Both the position numbers and the translations under genes were made by a program. A stretch of DNA of 63,643 nt, the filler included, from Octopus bimaculoides (Eukaryota): assembly GCF_001194135.2 (NCBI RefSeq). It is 5 parts of 5 records of this genome, joined end to end, with 100 filler letters (N's around TTAATTAATTAA, not from the genome) between each part and the next. Parts side by side here need not be neighbours in the genome. Positions count along the whole stretch, not along the records: positions 25,159 to 51,681 come from NC_068984.1; positions 51,782 to 56,634 come from NC_068997.1; 3 more parts are not named here. One strand, 5' to 3'. Below the pieces are notes generated by a model, which saw nothing but the letters and a program-made list of their open reading frames with translations, was not told where the DNA came from and made no database searches. Position 1 is the first letter of the stretch; each line of letters begins with the position of its first letter. Of the stretch, positions 38,454 through 51,812 are shown piece after piece.

Positions 38454-39289
38454 ATAAATAAGACACGCGCTGGTTCGGTCCTTTATTGTTATTGTTAGTT
38501 AATGGGTTAGTTACTTCGTTAACCAATTTATGGATTAGCCGTTTTTTTACTAGTTTTTCAAACTCATATGTCAAACACTTTGGCCAAACTTTTAATCGTT
38601 TCAATGTTCAGTATTGTTAGTGTTGTCATTTCTTGGTCAAATAATTATTTAATCGCATTGTTGCAAAGTCTTCAGTGACACGTCTCTCTACTTCCATTTC
38701 CTTTGAACTTATGTTCCAGCGTTGGGATTTGTCCGAGATCTGTCCGAGATAAGTATGTGAGGGAGTGTATGTCTGCATGTGCGTGTATTTATCCATAACT
38801 GTGCATCCGTATGTGTGTGTATATTTTAAATACTATATCATTTTTCGTATGCATAAGGTAGCGGTTTTCTCTTTGTTTCCTTCGCAAACGCAGACATTCA
38901 TCCATATAACGTTTCTCTCAAAGACAGTGAAACGATCTTCTTTGTTTGATAAATATTAAATGAACTGGTATCTATCTGTGCGTGAGCATGAACATGCGTA
39001 TGCGTGCTTGTGTCCATGTGTATATAGGAGGGCATTGGTTGTACGTGTGTGTCTTTGTCTCATATGTGTGTCACTTCATGTGTGTTTGTGTGTACGTGTG
39101 TGCTTCTGCATGCATGTTTCCGTATGTGTGCGTATGCGTATATGTGTGTCCATGTGGGCGTGAGGGCATGTCTGTGTCCTTGCTTCTCTTTGCATGTGTG
39201 TGTGTGTGTGTATGTGTGCGTATGCGTATCCGTTCGTATGTGCGCGTATGGGCGTATGTGTGTGTACGTCCATGGGTCTTTGTAAGGCC

Positions 39290-40150
39290 TCTGCCTAATG
39301 AGAGTATTTACTATTCAAAACCGGTCGTATTTCGTTTATCAAGACTGACGCTCACATCTGTCGCAGCGATGCGTCATCCGGGTGTCTGGACAGGATTTCT
39401 ATGCTAATCCGGTTCAGCACACGACCATGTTGTCCTTTGGCATGCTGTTAAAGTATCGACATTTGCCTTACACCCCTGTATTCTCTCCAATGTTCATTTA
39501 TATGCTCGGCCAAACTTCTCGCCGTTTCACCAATGTATGCAGTCTTTCGGTTTTTTCAACCACCATCCATGCAGTATATTTGGTAAACCACATTTCTGGT
39601 TTTGGAGTTGACACCAGGGTTATATTTGCACACTACACAATTCTCCTCTACACACGTGGGTTTTCTGAAGGTGTATATTATTTTCTGAAGGGAGATATTA
39701 TTGACCTAATGGATCTCCCTGGTTTTTCCATGAGTTTTACGTTCAACCTAGTAGCCTTCAGGATTTTTCTAAATCTGGGGGCTAGTTCCCCGTGTGGTTG
39801 TGCTTCTACAAACACCACCCCTTGGAATTTCTCGGCATTGTACCATACGCTCTTTTTGTTCGTTTTATCATAAATTCTCCGTATTTTATTCCACTGCTTA
39901 CTACGTTACGTAGGTTGTGTTCCATCGGCATCCTTATTCACAAACTCTTCAAATTTCTTGCTAGCCCCACTGTATACTTGAATTCTATATTTCTAGTTGT
40001 ATCCCAAACATTGTATGTGATACATGAACCCTTGTGTGTGTTTCTGTTTCCGCCAAGTTTTCCACAGGGGGTGGGGTATTTTTTTCATCATTCTAAGTCG
40101 ACTATTAATATATTAATTTTCACATTGTGTGATGGTGCCGAATTCTTATG
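39290..40150 (-). mobile_element. Penelope-like element remnant: Cys-rich linker and GIY-YIG endonuclease
   Basis: In-frame CVEENCVVCKYNPGVNSKTRNVVYQIYCMDGG*KNRKTAYIGETARSLAEHINEHW at about 39485-39660, with one stop. Confidence 0.85.
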
Positions 40151-40190
40151 GATCACATATTTCGAGGACATGTATCTTTATACATATATA

Positions 40191-40254
<64 letters not shown>

Positions 40255-41583
40255 TGTGTCTTTGTGTTTGTCTCCCCACCATCGCTTGACAACCGATGTT
40301 GGTGTGTTTATGTGCCCAAAATCTAGAGGTTCGGCAAAAGAAAACCCAGAGAATAAGTACTAGGCTTACAAGGAATAAGTCCTGGGGTCGATTTCGTCGA
40401 CTAAAGGTGCTGCTCCAGTATGGCCGCAGTCAGATGACTGAAACGTGTAAAGGAGTAAAAGAGTAAGCTCATAATATCGAACAAATTCATAATATTGTTC
40501 TATTTCGATGAAACCGTTGTAGTTTAATTACTAGATCGAATTGCAATTTATAACTCAAGAAACATTGTTTATTTTGAAACATTCTAAACAAATTATGCAA
40601 ATATTTTCTTAAAGAATTTTTTTAAAGGAATACGTCAATGGTTCCTGGTTCATTCCCACAGCGTAGCACCTTGCGCATGTGTCATCTACAATATTTCCGG
40701 TCAACCAAAGCATTATGAGGGTTTCTAATAGACAGAAACTAAAGGAAGTCTATCGTGTGTATATATATGTATGTGTGTATATGTGTGTGTGTGTTTGTAT
40801 ACCTGTCTGTCTGTCTTTCGGTTTGTGCTTAGGTCCACGTAACTTTAATGATTCAGCACAAGTAACTCATAGAATATGTACCAGGATTAAAAGAAAGATA
40901 TTGGGGTCGATTCCTTCCACTAAAATTCTTCAAGATGGTGCCCCAGCATGGCTGCAGTCTAAAATGACTGCAACAAGAAAACGATAAAAAATAAGAATAT
41001 CGTTTATAACGCTCGTAATATTAACAATCTGTAAACAAGTAAATGTATCACTAAATCTATAATGTGTGAGTGTATGTGCGTGTGTATGCGTGTGTATGTA
41101 TATCTGTGTGCATGCGTGTGTATAGTTGCGTTTGTTTTACATATATATATATATATATATATGCTTGTCCACTCTAGGCAAAGACCCAAAATCTTGGGAG
41201 AGGGGACAGTCGATTCGATCGACTCCAGTGCGCAACTAGTACTAAATTTATCGACGCCGAAAGGATGAAATGCAAAGTCGACCTCGGCGGAATGTGAACT
41301 CAGAATGTAAAGACATACCGCTAAGCGTTTCGACCGGCCTGCTAACATTTCTGACAGCTAGCCGCCATTGCTTGCATATATATAGTGTTTTGTAGAAAGC
41401 CGAATACCTGTATACAAAGGAGAAACAGAATTCGCAAGGTAAATGTATATAGCGATGTAATTGTACCTCTGCGATGCATTTCCGAGTATATGCTTCAATA
41501 AATGCAAGTTTATATAAGTTGTATGTATACACATATTCACACATACATTTGTACACACATACAAACATACTTACCCATATACA

Positions 41584-41620
<37 letters not shown>

Positions 41621-42742
41621 CACGCACACACACCCGTGTGCGTGCGTCTGCGCATGTGTGGATGAGTACATGAGATAAAAAGAGAAAGAGAGACGAGGAA
41701 AGTTTAAGAGTTTAAGATGGAATGAAATTGTAGCGTTTGAACGTATACTGATGAAACACTCATAGAGGACTTACATGTGTACACATATAAACACGTGATA
41801 GAACCAGCACAGGCGTATATATGTGTGGTGTATGCTCATATATATAAATACACACACACGCGCACGCACACACACACACACATGTATATATACATATATA
41901 TATAATATATATATAAATATATGTATACGTATATATTTCTACACACACTATATATTTATACGTTATATCGAGATACATGGTACACATATACATATATATA
42001 CATAAGTGCACATGCACTTACGCACACTAATGTGTCTCTGTGTATTTCAGTTTACATCTGTGCGTACCTGCTGAATAGTATGTGTCTCTATTTAACAAGC
42101 TATTTATATATATAACTAGCAGTTTTTGTCTTCGTTCTTCGTGCAGCAGTTTCCATTAAGACGATGTCAATTCAAAGCTCGTCACATATTTGTTTGCATC
42201 TGAAATTGCCTCACGATATCTCTCTCCAATATAGACGGCTTACATCGAGATCCGAAGTGGAAAATTCCTGCATTAGAATGAAATGAATGTTGCTGCATAG
42301 AATACATACCTAAGGGCGTATATTTGAGAGGGGGATTAAGGGCTGAAGGAAACGTATCGATAAACTGAAGATATTTGCATACTTGTGAATATGTCCGATT
42401 TCCGCCATTAATTCACGTGTTCAACTAGATTCGATATGGACAAAAAATTTGAATTTTCATTTGCATTTAGTAAAACTATTCAAGAACTGAATGCATTTAT
42501 TTTGAATATTTCATAGAATATTGGAAACGTTGTGATGACTTTTCTCTGAAATTCACTCTCGTTTCGTTATTTATGTACATATATTTTTCGCTTATTTACT
42601 TTCATGTTTTTCCTTCAATTTCTTTCTTTCAGGTTATATCGATCGCTGTATCAATATTTCTCCTGATGCATGTACTTAAAGGTAGTCTAGCAATTACATT
42701 ATTATCTTCAACGTAAATGATAATAATAATAATGATAATAAC

Positions 42743-42787
<45 letters not shown>

Positions 42788-43159
42788 TCTTTATACTGAA
42801 GGCGCAATGCCTGAAATTCTGGGGAAGGGGGTAAGTTGAATGCATCGACCCTAGTATCCAGCTGGTATTTAATTTATCGACCTTGAAAAGATGAAGGTAA
42901 TGTTGACACGCTGGAGACTAACAGTAACTCGAAAATCCTGGGATAGACTACGGCCCGACTTCTGAATGAAGCACCTCATCTGTACCCATACTCATATGGC
43001 GGCACATTCAATTTGATGTCAAGCAAGCCAGAATCAATACGAAACTACATGTTGGAAGGACAAGCCACCCAAAAATTCTCCAAACTACGACATCGTACAC
43101 CCAAAATATTATAGGTCAACAACACGATTATCAACAACCTACAAATCTCTCACATTAGT

Positions 43160-43670
43160 CATCTATAAGAGGCTAGTAGTACACTTGGAAAACAATAATG
43201 TATTACCAAAAGATCAAAAAGAGAGCTGGAGAGGTATGTATGGTTGTAATGAACAGTTTCTGGTAAATCGAGCCATTATAGAGGGCTGTAAGAAGAGAAA
43301 GACAGACCTCAACATGACTTGGATCGAGTACCAGAGCACATTCCACAGTGTTCCCCACTCATGGATAATTGACTCTCTCCACGCAAATAATGCAGCCTCA
43401 ACACTACTAAAATATATCCACCATGCGATAGCAAATTGGAAAATTAGTATAATAATGAAAAATGAATCACAAGCTATTAAAACCTGTCCTATACTCATAA
43501 AAGAGGTATTTTCCAAGGAGACTCGCTGTCACCCTTCTTTTCCGCCTTGTAAAAGCCAGCAATGGATCAAAGCTCTGGACTAAAAGCTGTAACAGAAGGA
43601 CTGATTCTCGCTGCACAAGACCAATACCTGACGACAAACAACTATAAAAGCAAAATAGAATAACGTTCTG
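43160..43670 (+). mobile_element. Internally deleted R4/Dong-like (RLE) non-LTR element
   Basis: NNVLPKDQK...GCNEQFLVNRAIIEGCKKRKTDLNMTWIEYQSTFHSVPHSWI is joined to TEGLILAAQDQYLTTNNY. Confidence 0.82.
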
Positions 43671-43689
43671 GTAAAGTACACACCCGTTT

Positions 43690-44860
43690 CAGTACGCATC
43701 CCAGATACGTACGCGCAAAATTTTCAAAAATCCCAGATTCAAGTTTATCAAAAATTTATTAAGCAGCAACATTGAGGTACATTTAAATAGGCATGTGATA
43801 TTTTGTGAAGTTTATCGTTTAAACATGTCATGCAAAGTCATCTGACTCAGATTTTTGTTGTTTTTTTTTTTGCGCTTCGCGTCCAATGTCACTCGTCTTA
43901 TCTTCCTCTGAAAGCGATCGGAGTAGTCTTTTTTTTTCAGGCAGTGTAATCATCCTCTGCTGCAGCTTGTGCATCTGCACATAGCAACTGATCTTAAAAG
44001 TTGGCCACGGTGTTTTACAGTTTGTTGAAACCGTTGAAATTGATAATAGCGTCGTCATGGTCACTCTGGTCACATCAGTTTCCCCAGTTATTTATTCAGT
44101 CCTGTCATTAACTCCTCAACATCCTCAAAAATCGCCTGTACATAGGCCACATGGTTTTCATCATCGACATGCCTATAGTACTCTAATTCGTCCTTGTTCG
44201 TTGCGATATTCAAAGAGTCGAAGCTAAACAAAATTTCGAGTATCCTGCTGATTTCTTCCAACTTTAATAATACATCCTTTTTTGAATGCACCCTTGATTG
44301 ATGCGGCTGATATTGTATCCCATGCACGCTTCACAGAGTGAGCGACATCGAGCAGATGAGAGGAATTGCCAAAAGCTGCATCCACCGCCCCTCTTTGTAG
44401 CCTAGTTATTGGATCTTTCTTGTGGATCTTCGAGTCTTCGTCAACCTCATAAAACTCACGAACATCCTTGAGATACAAATGTTTGTACTTTATTCTTATG
44501 GCTGCAGTGATCCCCATATCACATGGCTGTCTCTAACCAGCTGGTGCAGTTAGGTGGAGATGGGGGAAATACAACCTTGACGTTATTCCGTGCAAAAACT
44601 TCAAAATGGCCTGGAGCATTGTCCATCAACAAGAAAACGTGGCGTCCCATTCTCATTTTCACTTCCGAAATAAATACTTCGTTGAACCATTTACATCCAT
44701 CTGCACTTTACTGTGATTAAAGTACTTCAGAGGCCATTCCAGGTTCTCAACCAAATCTGTCCGACGAACGGGAACGTGAAACTCTCAGTAACAGTTTTTG
44801 TGATGTTTGCGTAGATTTTGTCAGTGAACAGGTCGCGGTCTCAAAGCGACGAAAATATTT
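43690..44860 (-). mobile_element. pogo/Tigger-family transposase remnant (DDE_1)
   Basis: WFNEVF...VFLLMDNAPGH...NVKVVFPP.PPNCTS, then after a frameshift QPCDMGITAAIRIKY. TIRs not clearly resolved. Confidence 0.85.
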
Positions 44861-45006
44861 TGACAAATTAAATTTAAATGTTGAAGTGAATCTAACGGAT
44901 ATTGTGTGTTATTTTAAATGGCTTATAAACACCTTCCACGCTGCAATTGTTTTCGTTCCAGCACACGATCTCAGATCAGCTCACTTGCTATGCAAGTACA
45001 TCTCCG

Positions 45007-45053
<47 letters not shown>

Positions 45054-45239
45054 NNNNNNNNNNNNNNNNNNNNNNNNNNNNNNNNNNNNNNNTATCTTCT
45101 GTAAATCATAAATACGAAGCAGATTAGACACAACCTAAAAGTCTCTTTCAGCTGCTCCCCCAAAACTGAGAGAATTCTAGTCAGTACCCCGAGGCTCCCC
45201 AACAAAGGTAGGATGCTTAATTAAGCAAGGACTACAACA

Positions 45240-45705
45240 CATACTCAGCAAGTCGTCTATGAAGCTGAGGTAATAACCGACCCTAGTTGCGACAGCAAAA
45301 GCTGCAGTTTTCCCAATGACTACTACAGTGGCAAGATTGTCAACAACAATAGCAACACCAAGGTCCCGAACAGAATTAGCAACAGCACTAACGCCAATCC
45401 CAGCTTCAACAACTCCAACTCCAACGACGCCAACACCAACACCATCAGCACCAATACCTACAACGACGGTAGCAACAGCGTCAACGCCAACAGAATCTGG
45501 AGATGCATCGGATATTCCGGTAGTACGTTCAAAGAACACCTTTTCAACCATAGATCCTCTTTCAGGATCCCAGAAAGGAGATACGCTACGTCCTTCCTTG
45601 GCCAATCATGTATGGTGGCTGAAAGACGACGGAACCCCACACGTAATATCATGGAAGCTCCTAGAAACTCCAGGCCCCTACATAAGTGGGACCAATCAGT
45701 GAAAT
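45240..45705 (+). mobile_element. Penelope-like GIY-YIG endonuclease remnant with an Asn/Ser/Thr-rich insert
   Basis: Frame from 45252 reads VVYEAEV...CIGYSGSTFKEHLFNHRSSF; after a frameshift, SLANHVWWLKD...ISWKLLE.P.PY. Confidence 0.8.
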
Positions 45706-48700
45706 TAGAATAAGATTTGCAAATATCTATACTTGAAAATTTTTTAAATGTGATGAAGGTTATTGCGAGACGGGTAAAGATTTACTAACTCAAGATGAAT
45801 TTTGTACATATATCTGACTTGCTGTCAGATATACGAACTAAATTAAATTTTAATTTATCGTGTTGTAAATGGACTCTATACAGATGTAGCAAAAGAGAAA
45901 TAAAATCTATAAATACTGGCTAATATATTGTAGGTAAAGTGGCATTGCCTGTGTGCTTGGGTATATGAATTATATTCATGCATTAAACTTAAAGATCAGT
46001 GAATTTAATTTGATCTTTATGCTTTGAATATTATTGTATTTCCTTATCTAGAGTCATATACATTTCTAGTTTCCGTACTATTTATATATAAGAGCTACTA
46101 TATATAGAAGTTTTCTCAATCAATTTTATATGAAAGTTGTTTCAAGTCCATAAATTAAAATTTAATTTGCTTCGACCAACTGACAGCTAGAAAAATTTAT
46201 TTAAGTTCGTCTGACATAAATAATTCTCAATTTGCATGCAACACTTTTAATGAGCTATTTATGTATACATATCGAAAACATTGTAACTTGTACATTATAT
46301 ATATATATATATGGATATATATATATANNNNNNNNNNNNNNNNNNNNNNNNNNNNNNNNNNNNNNNNNNNNNNNNNNNNNNNNNNNNNNNNNNNNNNNNN
46401 NNNNNNNNNNNNNNNNNNNNNNNNNNNNNNNNNNNNNNNNNNNNNNNNNNNNNNNNNNNNNNNNNNNNNNNNNNNNNNNNNNNNNNNNNNNNNNNNNNNN
46501 NNNNNNNNNNNNNNNNNNNNNNNNNNNNNNNNNNNNNNNNNNNNNNNNNNNNNNNNNNNNNNNNNNNNNNNNNNNNNNNNNNNNNNNNNNNNNNNNNNNN
46601 NNNNNNNNNNNNNNNNNNNNNNNNNNNNNNNNNNNNNNNNNNNNNNNNNNNNNNNNNNNNNNNNNNNNNNNNNNNNNNNNNNNNNNNNNNNNNNNNNNNN
46701 NNNNNNNNNNNNNNNNNNNNNNNNNNNNNNNNNNNNNNNNNNNNNNNNNNNNNNNNNNNNNNNNNNNNTTAAAAGAGTTCCAACTCTGTCTGTTTTTTAT
46801 GTTTTTTATTTATATTCTTGTAAAATTTATGTGGGATATAGAATATGGAATATATAATATATAATATAAAAAAAGATGGATGGTACAATGAAATGAAGTA
46901 TTGAATGTCTTATTGAATATATGAAACATGTCTTATTGAATATATGAAATATTGAGTGTTCAATATAAAGGATTAAATATATAAATATATAAAGGCGAAT
47001 ACGTATTTTCTATACCTTGTGGTATTTCATCATGGCCAGTATGACAGACTGTGTCTGTGTGTGTATGTATATAAATATATATATATGTACACACAGATAA
47101 ACAAAATGATATGCACACACACACACATACACACACACACACACACTCACACACACACACACAACGGGCAAAACAAAATTCTGTCACTAGCGGAATTGTA
47201 AATGTTATATAGCAAATGACGTACGCCAAAACTGTCCCCCATTAATTAATGAAAGGAATAGAAAATCCTATTGGCATTTATCGGTGGTTTTCAAGCACAG
47301 AGAGAAGAGGATATGAATTAATTATTCTCTCAAGATTAATTTACTTCACAAGGAAGGAACGTGTGATCTTTGTTTGCAGGCTATGTAGACTCATGAATGT
47401 ATTTCCGTTTAAAAGATCTGATCCACCGTTCTATTACAACAGAAGATTTTACATGTTTCAAAGCGATATCACAGTGCATAGACATTGTACACCTTTGCGT
47501 AACCGGTGTCACATAAACTAGTTCCATTCTTGACAGAGCTATCCGGATACTTTCTGTCACATGTGATATGTAATAGATTATTGTAAATATGGCGATAACA
47601 TATTACAATTAATTTTAGATGAGTCACAAATTAATCGTTATAGTCAACCAAAATACGTGTTGGTTGTCGTATATATCCTTCTCCTACGCAACAAATTCGT
47701 TGAAATTTCTTGAAATTCATTTCCGATTTTCATTGAGGGCAACTAACAATAGCTGCAAGGCTTTCAGTGTCTGTCTCCAACTGAGGAGAAAATTTTAATT
47801 AAATAAAAAGAATTATGCATTCGAAACTCATTCCAATACTCTTAATTATCCAAATTTATCCAAATTCATGCGGTCGGCTAGTTTGTGTTGTTTCAATTAT
47901 TTCGTTTTGTCTTTAATTATGCAAATTATACTGGCTAAAAGTTATTTCTATCTTTACAAATCTTACACAGTTGCTCGTTAGTCTTCATTGAATTAAATTG
48001 TAGTTTCAGATATAAAAGATCGACACACGCGTCCAAAGCTTTCCCTTCATATGCAATTAAAAATGGAGTCCTTAATAAAAAAAAAAAATTCACTTTCTCC
48101 ATGTTCCCTCGAATATCGCTTAGAATAAGTGTTAGAGTTTAAATTTCTTTCTTAAGATCTGAAAGAAGTTGCAATCAACTTTGGTGATTTTTCTAAAGTT
48201 CTATGGTACATCACACCATTTGTTTCATACCCTAAGCACAGTCAGTTTTAAGAATTCTTTCCAATGGTTGTATTGCAATCTTTCAGAATGAACTCTATAT
48301 AATACTGCTTTGAATATTATCTTCGGTTTCTCATGGATACACCTTTAAATCTTCGAAGACAGATACATTTGAATGAACACATAGAGAAATGTGCAGGAAA
48401 TCTCCAACCAAATGTCACAGTTTTCCCATCTACCAGTGCAAAGAAACAATTTCTGTACAAGAACGTTAAAATAAAGAAAATTTATTTATCGCAAAATACA
48501 GAACGCGCCTAAATATGAACGTATAACCAACTTTGGTCTCAGTATATATTTTAATTTTTGATCACATATCCATCTCACTAATTTAACTTTTGAGTTTTGT
48601 ATGTTTATTTATCCCACTCCAAAATTGAGAAATTACTTCCCCTGCCCCGAATGATAACTATCACCAGTTACCTCGCCTTACATTGTTCTACTTGTCAATT

Positions 48701-49798
48701 CATTCACAAACTCTCATACAGGAACTTGGACTAAAATCTTAAGAAAATACAAAATTACAATACTTTCAATGTCATCATTAGCGAAAACGAAACCGGTCGG
48801 CAACCACAATACCCCTTCATTCAGAATATATCNNNNNNNNNNATATATATATATATATATATATATATAATGTTGCATCTAAGGTTACTATTTCCATCTG
48901 TTATCTTGATTACCATCACCATCAATATCATTATTAACCAAAAAATGATGATCATCCTCCTTATATCATCACTAACATCTATTCCTTTATAGATCTTTGC
49001 CATTTTTTCTAGCCTTAAAATTAAAATATAACAACCACCACTACCAACAACAACAACAATAAAATGCTGGTGAGAAACAGAACCATTGAAAAATGCTAAA
49101 GCAACACAAACTTCCCAACTAAACACAAACCCCACAACAAACGCAAGCTCAAGGAAAATCTTTCAAATATGATAACAAGTAATAACTTTTATTGGTGTCA
49201 TAACATTTGACATGTAGCACAAAAACAACAGCACATTAATGGCCTTTACTTGCTTTTAATATTTTAAGTGTTTTCATTTATTTTTCCTTCGTTTGTCATC
49301 TTTACTGCATGCATCCAGATTATTCTCATTTTTCATATTTTTCTGAAAAATCTTCTTTCCACTTATTAATGTTGAAATGTCACCTTTTAACCTTTCGTTT
49401 ATTGTTATTACGAATCATTTGACATTCAAAAAAATAATAACAAATAAAGGAATAAATAAATAAACAATTACAAATGGCTATTCAGCAAATTAATCTATGT
49501 ATTTGTCTAACATTACAAACTTCCACCATCAATATCGCTACTACCACGAACACCACCACCACCACCACCACCACCAAAAACAACAATCCTGACTTCATCG
49601 CTTTTCCTCTAAAACACCATCGTCTTCATCAGCACCATCAACGACAACAACACCAACGGCACCATCAACAACAGCAATAACACCAATCACGTGGCCACCA
49701 GCTTCTCATTTATCCCCTGAGTACAGGCATAATAATCGTCAAAAGTAAAGTCAACATCTTTATACCACTTATAATCTCAGTGAGAAATTATTGTTATA

Positions 49799-49842
<44 letters not shown>

Positions 49843-50102
49843 ACAGCAGCAGTAACGTTTATTATTTTTATTACATCCCCCACCACACTAGTTTATAAAG
49901 GGAAACCTTTTCTATGCAACAGTTAAATATACATACATACACACACAGATGTATGTGTGTGTGTGTGTGTGTGTATACATGTACATATGTATGTATATAC
50001 AAATACCTATATGTATATATATATTCATAGACATATATATACATATACATATCTACACACACATATATATATATAAATTCATATACATATATACATATAT
50101 AT

Positions 50103-50179
<77 letters not shown>

Positions 50180-50713
50180 TGTATGTATATACGTGTATAT
50201 ATATGTATGTGTTTATGCCTGTACGTGCGTATGTATCATTGTTTCATCCTGAAAAAGTCAAACAAATGAACGTCAGAAAATGCAGCGTCGATATCTTTCG
50301 CTGTCCCTTAATACTTAATGCTTAATACATTTTAGAAAGTTCAGAGACCACGTCGTGAAAAATCTGATATTCAAACAATTTCACTGGTATTCATATGAAA
50401 GATTGATATGTTTTAATATATCTGATGACATTCAATCTTGTTTGTTGCTGTAAGTCATGCCCATCAAAATATGCTTTCTTTTCTTTTGTTTATGGCATGG
50501 CTAAATGTCACATTTACTATCGATCGGATAAACTCCTCTTAAATCTATATTGATGGTATTAATAATCCTCAAGAGTACGCCATTGTTCGTGGATTGGTTT
50601 CAACTAAAATATGTGACCAGATTCTTGTTCTGCTATTAGTTGATGACACATAATTATTTTAATAACTGTCATGCGTAGGAATCTAGGTTCAACTTCTATG
50701 AACGACTAGAATG

Positions 50714-50714
<1 letters not shown>

Positions 50715-50791
<77 letters not shown>

Positions 50792-50810
50792 CATTATTAT
50801 TATTATTATT
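50715..50810. repeat. (ATT)n microsatellite, one of many simple repeats in the window
   Basis: Read directly. Other (TAA/ATT)n at about 42720-42790, 49790-49840, 56450-56545 and 60860-60907; abundant (AT)n, (GT)n, (AG)n and (ATGT)n elsewhere, often flanking N gaps. Confidence 0.97.
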
Positions 50811-50884
50811 ATACTCACCCCCAGGACACTGGGTGTGTCTCTGAAAATGTCTGTAACAAACATGCAGATTGAAAGTAAAATATC

Positions 50885-51127
50885 ATGATTATTATTATTA
50901 TTACTGAGTGAGAGAGCGGTGCATGCCATCAAAGTGACACTGGGGTAAAATATACGAAGCCCAGTATACCCATCATCACTACCCGTCGGACAAGGATACA
51001 CCAGGCACATGCATCACAACCATATGTGCGCGACATGGTGATCTCATATCAAAATAAACAGCGCATGACCTCGCAGGTGGGGCCTAGTTAGAATTTTCTT
51101 CAGGTCGTGTAGCCCATCCCGCTCAAA
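50885..51127 (-). mobile_element. Interspersed repeat with (TAA)n tail
   Basis: Non-microsatellite block ending in ctctctcactcagtaataataat on the minus strand; family unassigned. Confidence 0.55.
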
Positions 51128-51250
51128 ATAAGGTGATATCAGGAGACCCCAAAATTGCAGAAATTCAAAAGAGAGTGGTCATTGGAACTGCCCATATCCT
51201 ACGCAAAATACTGCCTATGTAATCTCAAATTTTAAAACAAACTCATAATT
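51128..51250 (+). mobile_element. R4/Dong-like 3' end
   Basis: ISGDPKIAEIQKRVVIGTAHILRKILPM* is the typical C-terminus of this clade. Confidence 0.8.
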
Positions 51251-51299
51251 ATTTACATTATTTACATTTGACAGATATTTGTCTTCTTCTTGTTTCTGG

Positions 51300-51352
51300 T
51301 TAGCACAAAATTTCGGCTGATATACCCTCCAGCCTTCATCAGATGTCTTGGG
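51300..51352 (-). ncRNA. Decayed hammerhead-ribozyme motif (Penelope type)
   Basis: GACAU-CUGAUGA-A-GGCUG(10 nt loop)CAGCC-GAAA-UUUU-GUGCU. Core and stem II are intact; stem III is not. Confidence 0.6.
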
Positions 51353-51417
51353 TAAATTTCGAACCTGCGTTCTCATTCCTAAGGTATTTTTCGATGTTGT
51401 TATTATTATTATTATTA

Positions 51418-51681
51418 TTTTATGTTTGACTTTTGTTTTGCATTTGTACAAGTTGGATCAAAGTCTCACCCAGAGACCTCAAGAGACAACAAGTTAGAAG
51501 TTCATGTAGGTGTTATGCCTAGGGTACCATATATTTGGATTTGTACAGTTTTGTTCAAGTGAATGTTTAAGAAACCATAAGAAAATTATGTTTGCTTTAA
51601 AATTTGAGATCACATAGACAGTATTTTACGTAGGATATGGGCAGTTCCCATGAGCACTATCTTTTGGACTTCAGCCATTTT
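51418..51681 (-). mobile_element. R4/Dong-like 3' end with 3' UTR running into (TAA)n
   Basis: MAEVQKIVLMGTAHILRKILSM* followed by about 190 nt of UTR and then aataataat; cut at an assembly join. Confidence 0.85.
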
Positions 51682-51781
51682 NNNNNNNNNNNNNNNNNNN
51701 NNNNNNNNNNNNNNNNNNNNNNNNNTTAATTAATTAANNNNNNNNNNNNNNNNNNNNNNNNNNNNNNNNNNNNNNNNNNNN

Positions 51782-51812
<31 letters not shown>

